Assembly: GCA_963745235.1 (NCBI GenBank)
Contig: CAVUXE010000097.1
Coordinates: 1-64,000 of the forward strand
Origin: an uncultured Spirochaetota bacterium
Lineage (GTDB): Bacteria > Spirochaetota > Spirochaetia > SZUA-6 > Fen-1364
Length of the DNA: 64,000 nucleotides
Reading direction: 5' to 3'
In this document: in pieces, positions 53,672 through 63,351 of the stretch
Numbering within the stretch: the first letter of the stretch is position 1
Layout: every line of letters begins with the position of its first letter
Made by a program: the position numbers and the translations under genes
Notes under the pieces: generated by a model
The model's input: only the letters and a program-made list of their open reading frames with translations
Databases searched by the model: none
Told to the model about the DNA's origin: nothing

Positions 53672-53701
53672 GTCGAGGAGGGGCCTGCGCCCCTCCTCGA
53701 C
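53672..53701. terminator. 13-bp perfect hairpin downstream of the sugar ABC operon
   Basis: GTCGAGGAGGGGC-CTGC-GCCCCTCCTCGAC; only a weak U tract. Confidence 0.5.
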
Positions 53702-53831
53702 CTGATACCGTTCTAATGGCTGGTGCTGGCTTCGCCAACAGTGACCATTAATACGCGAGTACGTGCATACACGTTCGACGGGTACGTCGTACGCGTTCTA
53801 ATCGCGGGACGGCCTACGGCCGCCACGACGA

Positions 53832-54791
53832 TTAGTAAGCGTCGTTGAGGTACTTGCTCACATTGTCGGAAGTAACCGGGACGCTGGCCTCGATATTCAT
53901 CCTCTGGAAGGATTGTCCCAGCAGGATCTTCTTCGCGAGCGCCACCGCGCGGCCTCCCATGGTCGGGAAATAGGACATTGACACGCCGTACAACGGGTCC
54001 TTGTCGCTCATCAGCTTGTACGCGTTCTTGCCGCCGCCCGTGCCGGTGACGAACTGGATGTCGGTGCGCTTGGCGCTCCTGATTGCGGTGATGGCCCCAA
54101 CCGCCGCCTCGTCATCCTGGGTGTACACCGCATCGATGTGCGGGTATGCGGGAAGGATGTTCGACATGGCCTTCAGGCCGGCGTTCTGGTTGAACTCTCC
54201 GTCGCCTTCCACCAGCACTTTGATGTCGGGGTAGTTCGCCTTCAGCGTGGTCATGAACCCGTTGTAGCGCAGCAGGTCGATGGGGGTGCCCACATAGCTC
54301 CTGAGGACGGCGATCTGGCCCTTGCCCTTCAGGCGGTCACCAAGGTACTTCGCATCGCCGATGCCGCACTGCGCGTTGTCACCGCCGTAGAACACCGTGA
54401 AGGTGTCCCCCTCGATGGGTCGGTCGATGATCATCAACTTGATGCCGGCCTTGAAGATTTCCTGGCAGATGGGGGTCATGAGGGTCCCGTTGCCCGGAAG
54501 GACGCAGATCATGTCATAGCCGCCGGCCTTGTAGGTCTGCAGCATGTTCAGCTGGTCAGCGTCGTCCACCGCGTTCTTCACCGTGAAGTCAAACTTGTCG
54601 GTGTCCTTCGCCACCTCCGCGTTGATGGAGTCCAGCATCTTCGCCTGCCAGGCGTTGTTCGCCGGCGGCAGAGAGACTGCAACCTTGAACTTCTTTCCCG
54701 CCGCCGCCCCGCCCTCTTTGGTGCCGTTGGCGAACGCCAGGAGGGGCAGCAGCACCAGGGCCGCCACCATTACCAGTACTGATCTTTTCAT
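53832..54791 (-). CDS. Sugar ABC transporter substrate-binding protein (RbsB-like)
   Basis: Signal peptide ..LLAFANGTKE; NNAWQ, IIDR, GGDN, QDDEAAVG. Confidence 0.88.
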   Translation of the reverse strand: MKRSVLVMVAALVLLPLLAFANGTKEGGAAAGKKFKVAVSLPPANNAWQAKMLDSINAEVAKDTDKFDFTVKNAVDDADQLNMLQTYKAGGYDMICVLPGNGTLMTPICQEIFKAGIKLMIIDRPIEGDTFTVFYGGDNAQCGIGDAKYLGDRLKGKGQIAVLRSYVGTPIDLLRYNGFMTTLKANYPDIKVLVEGDGEFNQNAGLKAMSNILPAYPHIDAVYTQDDEAAVGAITAIRSAKRTDIQFVTGTGGGKNAYKLMSDKDPLYGVSMSYFPTMGGRAVALAKKILLGQSFQRMNIEASVPVTSDNVSKYLNDAY

Positions 54792-54823
54792 CAAGATCCT
54801 CCTTGTAGAAACCGTATGTCTCA

Positions 54824-55813
54824 TTATCGCTCCCGTCTCTGCATCAGCACCGCGAACAGGATCACGGCTCCCTTCACGGCACCTGACAGATAGGGCGATA
54901 TGTTGAGCATGATCATCATGTTGTTGACGATCCCCAGGATGATGAAGCCAACAACAGTCCCGACAATACGTCCCTTGCCGCCGGCGAGTGACGTGCCGCC
55001 GACAAGGACGGCGGTGATGGCCTCGAACTCGTACTGCGCCCCCGATGTCGTGGCCGCCACCGCCGCCATGCGCGACATCTCGATGACCGCCGCGATCCCG
55101 GTGCACAGCCCGACCAGCATGTAGGTGATGATGCGGATCCTGTCCACCTTGATCCCGGAGAAGCGCGCCGCGTTCTCGTTGCCGCCCACGGCAAACACGT
55201 AGGTGCCGAACTTCGTTCGCGTGAGCACCACGTGGAAGATGACGGCCAGCAGGATCACCACGATGAACGGTATGGGAATGTTGAGCACCGAGCCGTTTCC
55301 GATGTTGGTGAACTGGGGAATGTTGTTCCCCATGACCGTCGCGCCCCGCATGAAGTACATCACGAGGGAACGGGCGATGATTCCCACGGCCAGGGTCACG
55401 ATGAACGGGGGAAGATGCGCCTTCGTCGTTGTGAGGCCGTTGACGTACCCGAACCCCGCGGCCACCGCGCAGCATGCGGCCACCGCAATGGCCAGCGGCA
55501 CCGCGGGGCTGCCGTTCGCGCTGACCATGCGCTGCAGCAGGATCAGGACGGCCCCCGAGACCGCGAGGACGGAGCCGTTGGAGAGATCGATGCCGCCGGC
55601 GATGATCACCAGCGTCATGCCCAGGGCAATGACCCCCACGGTGGAGGTGTTGCGAAGGATGTTGAGCAGGTTGTCCGGGGAGAGGAACCGCGGCGCGGCC
55701 AGCCCGCAGAGGCCGAGGATGACGACAAAAACAACCAGGATGCTGTAGTTCCGCCAGACGTTCCTGGCCAGCTCGAGTACCCTGTTATCCACCTGACGCT
55801 CCACGGCTATCAT
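54824..55813 (-). CDS. Sugar ABC transporter permease (RbsC-like)
   Basis: GGIDLS, PPFIVTL, AVGGNENAARFSG, GGTSLAGGKG. Confidence 0.92.
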   Translation of the reverse strand: MIAVERQVDNRVLELARNVWRNYSILVVFVVILGLCGLAAPRFLSPDNLLNILRNTSTVGVIALGMTLVIIAGGIDLSNGSVLAVSGAVLILLQRMVSANGSPAVPLAIAVAACCAVAAGFGYVNGLTTTKAHLPPFIVTLAVGIIARSLVMYFMRGATVMGNNIPQFTNIGNGSVLNIPIPFIVVILLAVIFHVVLTRTKFGTYVFAVGGNENAARFSGIKVDRIRIITYMLVGLCTGIAAVIEMSRMAAVAATTSGAQYEFEAITAVLVGGTSLAGGKGRIVGTVVGFIILGIVNNMMIMLNISPYLSGAVKGAVILFAVLMQRRER

Positions 55814-55828
55814 ATCTTTCTCCCGGAT

Positions 55829-57313
55829 TTACACGTCTGTCGCGTAGTACATGATTTTCTCTTCGCTCATCTGGGACGAGTTCAACGTCCCGGTCACCCT
55901 TCCCTCGTGCATGATGACAACGCGTTCGCAAATGCTCAGGATCTCGGGCAGGTCCGAGGAGACCACAATGACGGCCACACCTTCCGCAGCCAGCTCCCGG
56001 ATGATCTGGTAGATCTCCTGGCGGGCCCCGACGTCGACGCCCCGGGTGGGTTCGTCCAGCACGAGCACCTTCGCCCCCGAAAGAAGCCACTTTGCCAGGG
56101 CGACCTTCTGCTGGTTTCCCCCCGAGAGGTTGCTGACGTTCTGCGCCGGGCTCGAGCAGCGGATCCCCAGCCTCTGGATCATTTTTCTCGCATTGGCCGC
56201 CGAGCTCTTCCTGCCCTTGAACAGCCCCAGCGTCTTCTGCCAGAACACGTAGTTCGAATTGTCCACGACGTCCCGGCAGAGCACCAGCCCTGTTTCCTTG
56301 CGGTCCTCCGTCACGAACCCAAGGTCGCACCTGATGGCGTCTATTGCGCTGCGGATGGTGACGGGCTTGTTGCGGATCAGGACTGTCCCCGACTGCGGCC
56401 TTCGCAGGCCGAAGAGCACCTCCATCAGCTCGGTTCGTCCGGCCCCGACAAGCCCGCTGAATCCCAGGATCTCTCCGCGGCGAACGGCGAAGCTGACTCC
56501 CTTCAAAAGGCTGTCCGTGACCTCCCGGGCCTCCAGCACCACGGCGTCGGGATCTCCCGTGAAGTCGGAAGCCTTCGACTCCTTGACCTCACGTCCGACC
56601 ATCAGCGCCGCCAGCTGCTGCGCGGTCACCTGCGGGACGTCCCGCGTGGCCACCCGTGAGCCGTCCCTCAGGACCGTCACCTGGTGGCAAACGTCTATGA
56701 TTTCCTTCAGCCTGTGCGAGATGTAGACAACCGCTATCCCCTGAGCGCTCAGGGCGGCTATCAGGTCAAAGAGAATCCGCGTTTCCTTGCCCGTGAGCAC
56801 GGAGGTGGGCTCGTCCATCACCAGGAGCTCGACGTTGAAGCTGATGGCCTTCGCGATCTCCACCATCTGCTTCTGCGCGATCTTCAGGTCCCGGACCTTG
56901 CGCCGCGGGTCTATCTTTTCCCCCAGCCGGGCAAGGACCCGGGCGGCCTCATCATTCATCCTGGTGAAGTTGATCAGTCCGGTTGCCCCTCGCGGCTCGC
57001 GTCGCAGGAATATGTTCTGGGCCACCGTCAGCTCGCTCAGCAGGTTCAGCTCCTGGTGGATCATGGAGACTCCCAGGCGCTGCATCTCCAGGGGGGTGGC
57101 ATTGCGCCTCACTGCGGCGCCTTTGAGCACGATCTCCCCTTCGTCCTGCGCGTGGATGCCTGAGAGAATCTTCATCAGCGTGGATTTGCCGGCGCCATTC
57201 TCCCCGCACAGTCCCATGATCTGGCCCTTCTCGACGTTGAAGTCCACCCGGTGCAGCACCTCTACGCCGAAAAAGCTCTTGCTGATCCCCTGCATGTCGA
57301 GCATCATCGCCAT
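55829..57313 (-). CDS. Sugar ABC transporter ATP-binding protein (RbsA-like)
   Basis: GENGAGKST, MDEPT, LSGGNQQK, LDEPTRGVDVGA. Confidence 0.94.
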   Translation of the reverse strand: MAMMLDMQGISKSFFGVEVLHRVDFNVEKGQIMGLCGENGAGKSTLMKILSGIHAQDEGEIVLKGAAVRRNATPLEMQRLGVSMIHQELNLLSELTVAQNIFLRREPRGATGLINFTRMNDEAARVLARLGEKIDPRRKVRDLKIAQKQMVEIAKAISFNVELLVMDEPTSVLTGKETRILFDLIAALSAQGIAVVYISHRLKEIIDVCHQVTVLRDGSRVATRDVPQVTAQQLAALMVGREVKESKASDFTGDPDAVVLEAREVTDSLLKGVSFAVRRGEILGFSGLVGAGRTELMEVLFGLRRPQSGTVLIRNKPVTIRSAIDAIRCDLGFVTEDRKETGLVLCRDVVDNSNYVFWQKTLGLFKGRKSSAANARKMIQRLGIRCSSPAQNVSNLSGGNQQKVALAKWLLSGAKVLVLDEPTRGVDVGARQEIYQIIRELAAEGVAVIVVSSDLPEILSICERVVIMHEGRVTGTLNSSQMSEEKIMYYATDV

Positions 57314-57492
57314 GGCGCCCGTCCCGCAATACTGCCCAAACAACTACTCCTGTCGACTCGCACTCTCAGAGCGCAAGACTTTTCTGCAACGCAACTTGCC
57401 CCCGCCTCGCTCCAATGTTTTACAACCTTGCTAAGAGTCGGAGTATCGTTTTTTGTTGCTTATTTTTTCTTGTTATTGATTGTTGAGTTTAC

Positions 57493-57522
57493 AGTCTAGA
57501 CATCATGTCCATGTTTTGTCAA
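57493..57522 (-). promoter_or_regulatory. Sigma-70 promoter of the ABC operon
   Basis: TTGACA-18 nt-TAGACT in AT-rich intergenic DNA. Confidence 0.45.
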
Positions 57523-57596
57523 TATGTTAAGGTTGCAAAACCTCCCCGTGGAACGCTACGTTTCGCCAACAAAACAAACCAGTTGAAGGACAAACC

Positions 57597-58646
57597 CTAT
57601 TTTGAAAGCGATGATATGTCGATCACGAACCTGTATTTCACATCGCTCCTGAGGAGTCTCTCGTAGGCCTCGTTGATCTGCTGCATGCGGACCATCTCTA
57701 TGTCACAGACTATGCCGTGCGCCGCGCAGAAGTCGAGCATCTCCTGGGTCTCCCTGATGCCGCCAATGGTGGACCCGGCCACGCTGACTCGCTTCCCGGT
57801 CAAGCCGAAGATGGAAACTGGCAGCGGGTCTGCGGGCAGGCCGACCTGCACCAGGGTCCTGTCGCGCTTCAGGAGCGCAACGTAGGCGTTGATGTCATGT
57901 CGGGCTGAAACGGTATCCAGGATGAAGTCGAACTGGCTCTGGTTCTTCTTCATCTCGGCCTCGTTCTTGGAAATCACCACCTCGTGCGCGCCAAGGCGGA
58001 CTGCATCCACTTTTTTTCCCTCCTGCGTCGTGAAAACGACCACCTCTGCCCCGAGGGCATGCGCCAGCTTCACTCCCATGTGCCCCAGTCCGCCAAGGCC
58101 CACCACGCCGACCTTCTGCCCCTTGCCTGCCTTCCATCGGCGCAGGGGAGAGTACGTGGTGATGCCGGCGCACAGAAGCGGGGCGGCTGCCCCGGGGTCC
58201 AGCCGGGCGGGCACGCGCACCACGAAGGCCTCATCCACCACGATCCGCTCCGAGTAGCCTCCCAGGGTCATCCCGCCGAAGCGCGTGTCTTCGCTGTTGT
58301 ACGTCCACGTGGGCCCCTTCTCGCAGTACTGTTCCAGCCCCTCGCGGCAGCTCGCGCATGTCCTGCAGGAATACACCATGCACCCGACGCCTGCCATCTC
58401 CCCGATCTTCAGCTTCTTCACCTGGGGACCCACGGAGGTTATCCGGCCGACAATTTCATGGCCGGGAACGATGGGGAAGGTCGTCCCCCGCCAGTCGTTG
58501 CGCACCTGGTGCACGTCACTGTGGCAGACGCCGCAGTACAGGATGTCGATCTGCACGTCATGAGGACCCGGCTCCCTCCGCTGGAGGCTGAAGGGGGCAA
58601 GCGGCGACGTTGCGCTCTGGGCCGCGTAGGCGCGTGTGGTTGTCAT
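57597..58646 (-). CDS. NAD(P)-dependent Zn alcohol dehydrogenase (cinnamyl-ADH/YahK-like)
   Basis: CGVCHSD, GHEIVG, PLLCAGITTYSPL, GLGGLGHMG, VKYRFVID. Confidence 0.93.
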   Translation of the reverse strand: MTTTRAYAAQSATSPLAPFSLQRREPGPHDVQIDILYCGVCHSDVHQVRNDWRGTTFPIVPGHEIVGRITSVGPQVKKLKIGEMAGVGCMVYSCRTCASCREGLEQYCEKGPTWTYNSEDTRFGGMTLGGYSERIVVDEAFVVRVPARLDPGAAAPLLCAGITTYSPLRRWKAGKGQKVGVVGLGGLGHMGVKLAHALGAEVVVFTTQEGKKVDAVRLGAHEVVISKNEAEMKKNQSQFDFILDTVSARHDINAYVALLKRDRTLVQVGLPADPLPVSIFGLTGKRVSVAGSTIGGIRETQEMLDFCAAHGIVCDIEMVRMQQINEAYERLLRSDVKYRFVIDISSLSK

Positions 58647-59632
58647 TGCACCTTCTCCCAGGAACCCGATTTCTCCGAACGCAAGAGCGCGTCAAGCACT
58701 TTCATGTTGTTGATTGCATCCTGGGGCGGCGTGGGGACCGGCCCCTCTCCCCTGACGGCGCGGGAGAAACCCTCGAACATCTGCTGGTACTGGTCGGTTG
58801 CCGTCGTGAAGATGTCCCTCTCTCCCGTCCCGGTTGTCACCGTCAATCTCATGGGAGAGTCCGGGTACGCATTGTAGGGCAGGTGGACCCTGAGCTCTCC
58901 GCCGGAGCCAATAACATCGACTTTCTGCCAGGAAAAGGTCTGCGTGCCCACCGTGAAGACTGACCTGGCTTCGCCGAAATCCAGGATGCCTGAGGCCAGG
59001 ATGTCCGTCTTGAATGCGGGGTCGCGGTGGACAAGGCTCACGACGCGGGTCGGTTCCCTGCCCATCATGAACCGCGCGGTGGAAACCGCATAGCAGCCAA
59101 TGTCAGGGATCCCCCCGCCCCCCATCGACAGGATGTTCCTGATGTTCTCCGGGTCGGTCAGCATGTACGTGAAAAGCGTGTGCACGGAGTGCACGGTGCC
59201 AAGCTCCCCGGCCTTCACGATCTCCCGGGCCCGTTGCCACTGGGGGTGAAGGCGGAACATGAAGGCTTCCATGACGCGCACACCCCGCTTCTCAGCGTGG
59301 CGGATTGCCTCCTCCGCCTGACGGGCATCCATGGCGAAGGGCTTCTCGCACAACACGTGCTTGCCGGCGTCAGCGCACTTCTTCACCCACTCCGCGTGCA
59401 GGTGGTTGGGAAGCGGGATGTAGACCGCCTCGATTTCCTTGTCGGCAAGAAGCTCCTCATACGAGCCGTACGCTCGCGGGATGCCGAACTCCCCGGCGAA
59501 CTGGTCCGCCTTCTCCCGGGACCGGGAGGCAACGGCGCGCATCTGCACGAGCGGGGATTTCACCACGTAGGTATGGACGCGCTGGCGGTAATGACTGGAA
59601 ACGGAAAGGACTCCCCAGACCACTGGCTTCAT
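58643..59632 (-). CDS. Gfo/Idh/MocA oxidoreductase
   Basis: YIPLPNHLH, HVLCEKP, MEAFMFR, DIGCY. Confidence 0.9.
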   Translation of the reverse strand: MKPVVWGVLSVSSHYRQRVHTYVVKSPLVQMRAVASRSREKADQFAGEFGIPRAYGSYEELLADKEIEAVYIPLPNHLHAEWVKKCADAGKHVLCEKPFAMDARQAEEAIRHAEKRGVRVMEAFMFRLHPQWQRAREIVKAGELGTVHSVHTLFTYMLTDPENIRNILSMGGGGIPDIGCYAVSTARFMMGREPTRVVSLVHRDPAFKTDILASGILDFGEARSVFTVGTQTFSWQKVDVIGSGGELRVHLPYNAYPDSPMRLTVTTGTGERDIFTTATDQYQQMFEGFSRAVRGEGPVPTPPQDAINNMKVLDALLRSEKSGSWEKVQ

Positions 59633-59674
59633 GTTCTTGCTCCTGCCATACAATGACTCCGCGCTGTTTGGCGG

Positions 59675-60178
59675 TCAAGCGCCGCCTGCCGGCGTTGCCG
59701 GCGTGTCCCGCGGCAGCATCCGTGTCATGATCCTGCCGTTTCTCGACTCGAATCCGGCGCGCGCGCAGATTGCCGTCGTGCCTTTGTCGGAGGGAGAGGC
59801 ATCCATGGCAATGGCGCAGGTTCCCGCCGGCGCGACCTGCGCGAGGAGCTGGAGGAAGTCCTCCGCAAGACCGTCCTCCCGATGATCCCGGTCCAGGAAC
59901 AGCTCCTCGATCCTGAGCACGTTCCCTCCGTAGAGGCTGCTCCAGTGGGTCACCAGGACGCAGTAGCCAACAACGTCCTCCTTCCTCTCGAACAGGAAAA
60001 TCGATCCCCTCTCTGGACGCCGTGAAAGCTCCCGCACCGTCCGAAGCATCCGGTCCCGGGAGTCCTCCAGCGAGCTGTGGGGGGAAGACTGGGCCGCCAG
60101 GCGCAGGAGCGCCGGCATGTCGTCCCGCCCCGGCAGGCGGTAGCGGGCCTTGCTTGTCACCAGGTCGTAGTCGAGCAT
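59675..60178 (-). CDS. GNAT family acetyltransferase
   Basis: VVGYCVL..WSSLYGG..IEELFLDRDHREDGLA resembles GNAT motif A. Confidence 0.65.
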   Translation of the reverse strand: MLDYDLVTSKARYRLPGRDDMPALLRLAAQSSPHSSLEDSRDRMLRTVRELSRRPERGSIFLFERKEDVVGYCVLVTHWSSLYGGNVLRIEELFLDRDHREDGLAEDFLQLLAQVAPAGTCAIAMDASPSDKGTTAICARAGFESRNGRIMTRMLPRDTPATPAGGA

Positions 60179-60325
60179 CAGTGAACCTACCGCTGAGGAT
60201 GATTGCAGCTTGGAAGGAGAGGTTCAAGCGGTTCAGGTCGGAATCGTGCTGTTTTGCGCAGAAGTCGTCGCCTTCTTGCAGGGACCATGCGATAGGACAT
60301 TTGAATGCGGAAGGGAGAAACAGTC

Positions 60326-61603
60326 ATGAATGTAGGCAGAACATCTCTTGCCCTCGTCCTCGTCCTGTTCCTGGCCGGCGGTGCAGCGGCGTTTGCCGGG
60401 GGCGCTCCAGAGTCGTCCGCGGGAAAGCCCGTGACCTTCACCGTGTACTTTCATTTCACGCCGCAGGAGGCCCGCGGTGTCGTGCTGCGGGATTTCATCA
60501 AGCAGTACAACGAGCAGCATGCCGGCAAGGTAACCGTTCAGACCAGCTACTTCGCGGACTGGCTGCCCATGCAGCAGAAAATCCGAACGATGGTCGCGGC
60601 AAATCAACCTCCTGACGTTTTCTACTTCAATTACAACCCCAACGACCTTTCGCTTTTCAAATCCGGGCAGCTCATGAACTTTTCCCCGTACATGGACACG
60701 CAGTGGAAGAGCCGCTTCTACCAGAGCGACCTGGACACCATGACGTACAACGGCCAGCTCCTTGCCATCCCGATGGAGCAGGGACCGGTGATTTTCTACT
60801 TCAATAAGGGCCTGCTCCAGCAGGCGGGCGTGGACTCGATTCCCCAGACGTGGGATGAGTTCTTCGCCATGGCGGACAAGCTCAAGAGCGCCGGCATCGG
60901 TGCCGCCTCCCTTTTCACGGCTGACGACGCCTGGCATGCGACGAACATGCTTTCCTACTTCGCCGGGGAGGCGGGAGGGACGGGCGTCTTCTCCGGGTCT
61001 CTCAGCTCGCCGGCGATGGTGAAAGCAGCGTCCATGCTGCAGAAGCTGTTCCAGTACGCGGCGGCTGACGCGGTGGGCGGCAAGTGGGCCGTGAGCGTGC
61101 AGGACTTCGTCGCGGGGAGAACGGCCGTGATTGCCGACGGGCCGTGGCTCATCGGGATCCTGGACGGACAGATGAAGGACCCCTCGCAGGCGGTGGCTGC
61201 CCCGGCGCCGCGCTTCACGACCTCTGACCCGTCCCTGGTGGTCACTGATGCGAACACCCCGTGGACGGCGAGCGCGCACTTGAGCGACGCGCAGAAGGCA
61301 GCGGTGGCTGACTTCCTCAAGACGTTCACGTCCGTGGATGTCATGAAGCAGTTCGCAATCAAGGGGAAGGACATCTTTGCAAGCAAGCTCACGCTGACCC
61401 CGGATGAGCAGGCGCAGGCGGGCCCGAAGCTGGCCGCGAACATCCGGCTCGCCTCTACGGCGGATGAGCGAATGGTGCAGATCACGCGCGTTCTCAAGCC
61501 GGCAACCATGAACCAGCTCCCCGCCCTGGTGGAGCAGCTTGCGTTGGGCAAGATGACGCCGGAGGAGTTCGCGGCGGCGCTGGACAAGGCCAACAGCCAG
61601 TAG
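60326..61603 (+). CDS. Carbohydrate ABC transporter substrate-binding protein
   Basis: Signal peptide ..AAAFAGGAPE; PPDVF, YFNKGLL, PQTWDEF, DGPW. Confidence 0.9.
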   Translation: MNVGRTSLALVLVLFLAGGAAAFAGGAPESSAGKPVTFTVYFHFTPQEARGVVLRDFIKQYNEQHAGKVTVQTSYFADWLPMQQKIRTMVAANQPPDVFYFNYNPNDLSLFKSGQLMNFSPYMDTQWKSRFYQSDLDTMTYNGQLLAIPMEQGPVIFYFNKGLLQQAGVDSIPQTWDEFFAMADKLKSAGIGAASLFTADDAWHATNMLSYFAGEAGGTGVFSGSLSSPAMVKAASMLQKLFQYAAADAVGGKWAVSVQDFVAGRTAVIADGPWLIGILDGQMKDPSQAVAAPAPRFTTSDPSLVVTDANTPWTASAHLSDAQKAAVADFLKTFTSVDVMKQFAIKGKDIFASKLTLTPDEQAQAGPKLAANIRLASTADERMVQITRVLKPATMNQLPALVEQLALGKMTPEEFAAALDKANSQ

Positions 61604-61645
61604 CCGGCCGCTGCGGCTGGCGGCGGCGCGGGACGCCCCGGGGAC

Positions 61646-62524
61646 ATGCAGAAAACCATCCGGCTGCGAACGGCGGCCCTCTACCTGCTGCCCGCGGTCC
61701 TCGTGACAGCCGCCTTCTATCTCTATCCTCTTGCCTATACCGTTCCGGTGAGCCTGTTCCGGTGGGACGGGGTCTCACGCATGAGCTGGGTGGGAGCTCG
61801 AAACTTCGCCGTGCTGACTGGTCACCCGGAGTTCATGGCTTCGCTGGCCAACTCGGCGCTGTGGATCGCCGTCGGCACCTTCGTTCATACGCCGCTCGGG
61901 CTCCTCCTGGCGCTGCTGCTGTCCCGCAAGCCGCCGCTCTGGAGCTTTTTCCGCACGATTTTTTTTCTCCCCAACGTGCTCTCCGTGGCGTCACTGGCCC
62001 TTCTCTGGTATTTCCTGCTGAATCCAACCATCGGGCCCATCGACGGGCTCCTGCGGCTGGCCGGGCTGCCGGGACTGGCCCTCCCCTGGCTCTCCCGGAC
62101 CGGGAGCGCGCTTATCGCCACCATGCTTCCCTTCGTCCTCTACATCGGGTTCACGATGCTGATCTTTCTTTCACAGCTCACGCTGATCCCGCGCGAATAC
62201 TACGAGGCCTCCCAGCTGGACGGCGCAACCGCCGCGCAGCAGGACCTTCACGTGACCATTCCGCTCCTTCGAAGGGCAGTCATCATCAACGTGCTTTTCA
62301 ATGCGTCCTTCAGCCTGAAAATGATCGAGTATCCCCTCATCATGACCTCCGGCGGGCCCGCCAACGCCACGATGACCCTTCCCCTCTTCATGTACTTCCA
62401 GATGACCAGAGCGCGCGAGTTCGGCCTGACGATGGCGGCAGGGCTTGTCACGATTGTCTTCGGCGCGCTCTTCATGGGCCTGGTCTTCCTCCTGCAGCGC
62501 GCCGCGGACCGCAGGTGGGCATGA
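61646..62524 (+). CDS. Carbohydrate ABC transporter permease
   Basis: WVGARNF, YEASQLDGA (EAA loop), TSGGPAN. Confidence 0.9.
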   Translation: MQKTIRLRTAALYLLPAVLVTAAFYLYPLAYTVPVSLFRWDGVSRMSWVGARNFAVLTGHPEFMASLANSALWIAVGTFVHTPLGLLLALLLSRKPPLWSFFRTIFFLPNVLSVASLALLWYFLLNPTIGPIDGLLRLAGLPGLALPWLSRTGSALIATMLPFVLYIGFTMLIFLSQLTLIPREYYEASQLDGATAAQQDLHVTIPLLRRAVIINVLFNASFSLKMIEYPLIMTSGGPANATMTLPLFMYFQMTRAREFGLTMAAGLVTIVFGALFMGLVFLLQRAADRRWA

Positions 62525-63339
62525 TGGCCCGCATCCTCCGATGGGCGGTCCTCCTGGCGTTCCTCGCCATTGTGCTGCTGCCGCTCATCTGGCTTCTGGG
62601 CGCCTCGCTGGAGCCGAACCAGGAGCTCTTCTCCCGACCGGGTGGCCTTGCCTCAGTTCACTGGGGATTCCAGAACTATGGAAGCGTCCTGGTCGAAGCC
62701 CCGATGCTGCTGTATCTCTTCAACTCATTGTTCGTATCCGCCGCATCCGCGCTGGTGGGTTCCGCCGTTGCGACGCTCGCCGCTTACGCGTTCCTGTTCC
62801 GGTTTCCCCTCAGGCGGCTCTTCTATCCCCTTCTCACCTTCGGGCTGTTCGTTCCCACCAGCGCGTTCATGATCCCGTATTTCCTGATGGTGAGCAGGAT
62901 CGGCCTGTACAACAGCGACCCCGGGATCGCACTCGTGTACGTCGGGATTTCACTTCCCACGGCGTTCCTGATCGTCACGACGCACATGCGTGAAGCTGTC
63001 TTTGCGGAGCTCCTGGAGGCGAGCTTCCTGGACGGCGCCACGGTGCACCAGACTTTCCGCGGGATTGTGGCGCCCCTGGCCCTGCCGGGAGCCGTCACGG
63101 CAGGCATCTTCCTGGTCATCATCGGATGGAACGAGCTTCTCTACGCTCTCCTCCTTTCCCAGGATGACCTCAGCCGGACCGTGCAGGTGGCAATCAGCTT
63201 CCTTGTGGCAACCTATACCGCCAACTTCACACAGGCGTTTGCCGCCATGATCATTGCCGTCCTCCCCGTTGTTGCAATCTACATCTTCCTCAACAGGCGC
63301 ATCGTCGCCGGGCTCGGCATGGTGGTCGGGCTCAAGTAG
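62521..63339 (+). CDS. Carbohydrate ABC transporter permease
   Basis: YLFNSLFVS, LLEASFLDGA, WNELLYAL. Confidence 0.9.
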   Translation: MMARILRWAVLLAFLAIVLLPLIWLLGASLEPNQELFSRPGGLASVHWGFQNYGSVLVEAPMLLYLFNSLFVSAASALVGSAVATLAAYAFLFRFPLRRLFYPLLTFGLFVPTSAFMIPYFLMVSRIGLYNSDPGIALVYVGISLPTAFLIVTTHMREAVFAELLEASFLDGATVHQTFRGIVAPLALPGAVTAGIFLVIIGWNELLYALLLSQDDLSRTVQVAISFLVATYTANFTQAFAAMIIAVLPVVAIYIFLNRRIVAGLGMVVGLK

Positions 63340-63351
63340 CGGGAGCGCGCC

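Noticed and set aside
53352-53738. 128 aa ORF upstream of mvaS
   Set aside because: Atypical AT-rich composition that overlaps promoter and hairpin elements.
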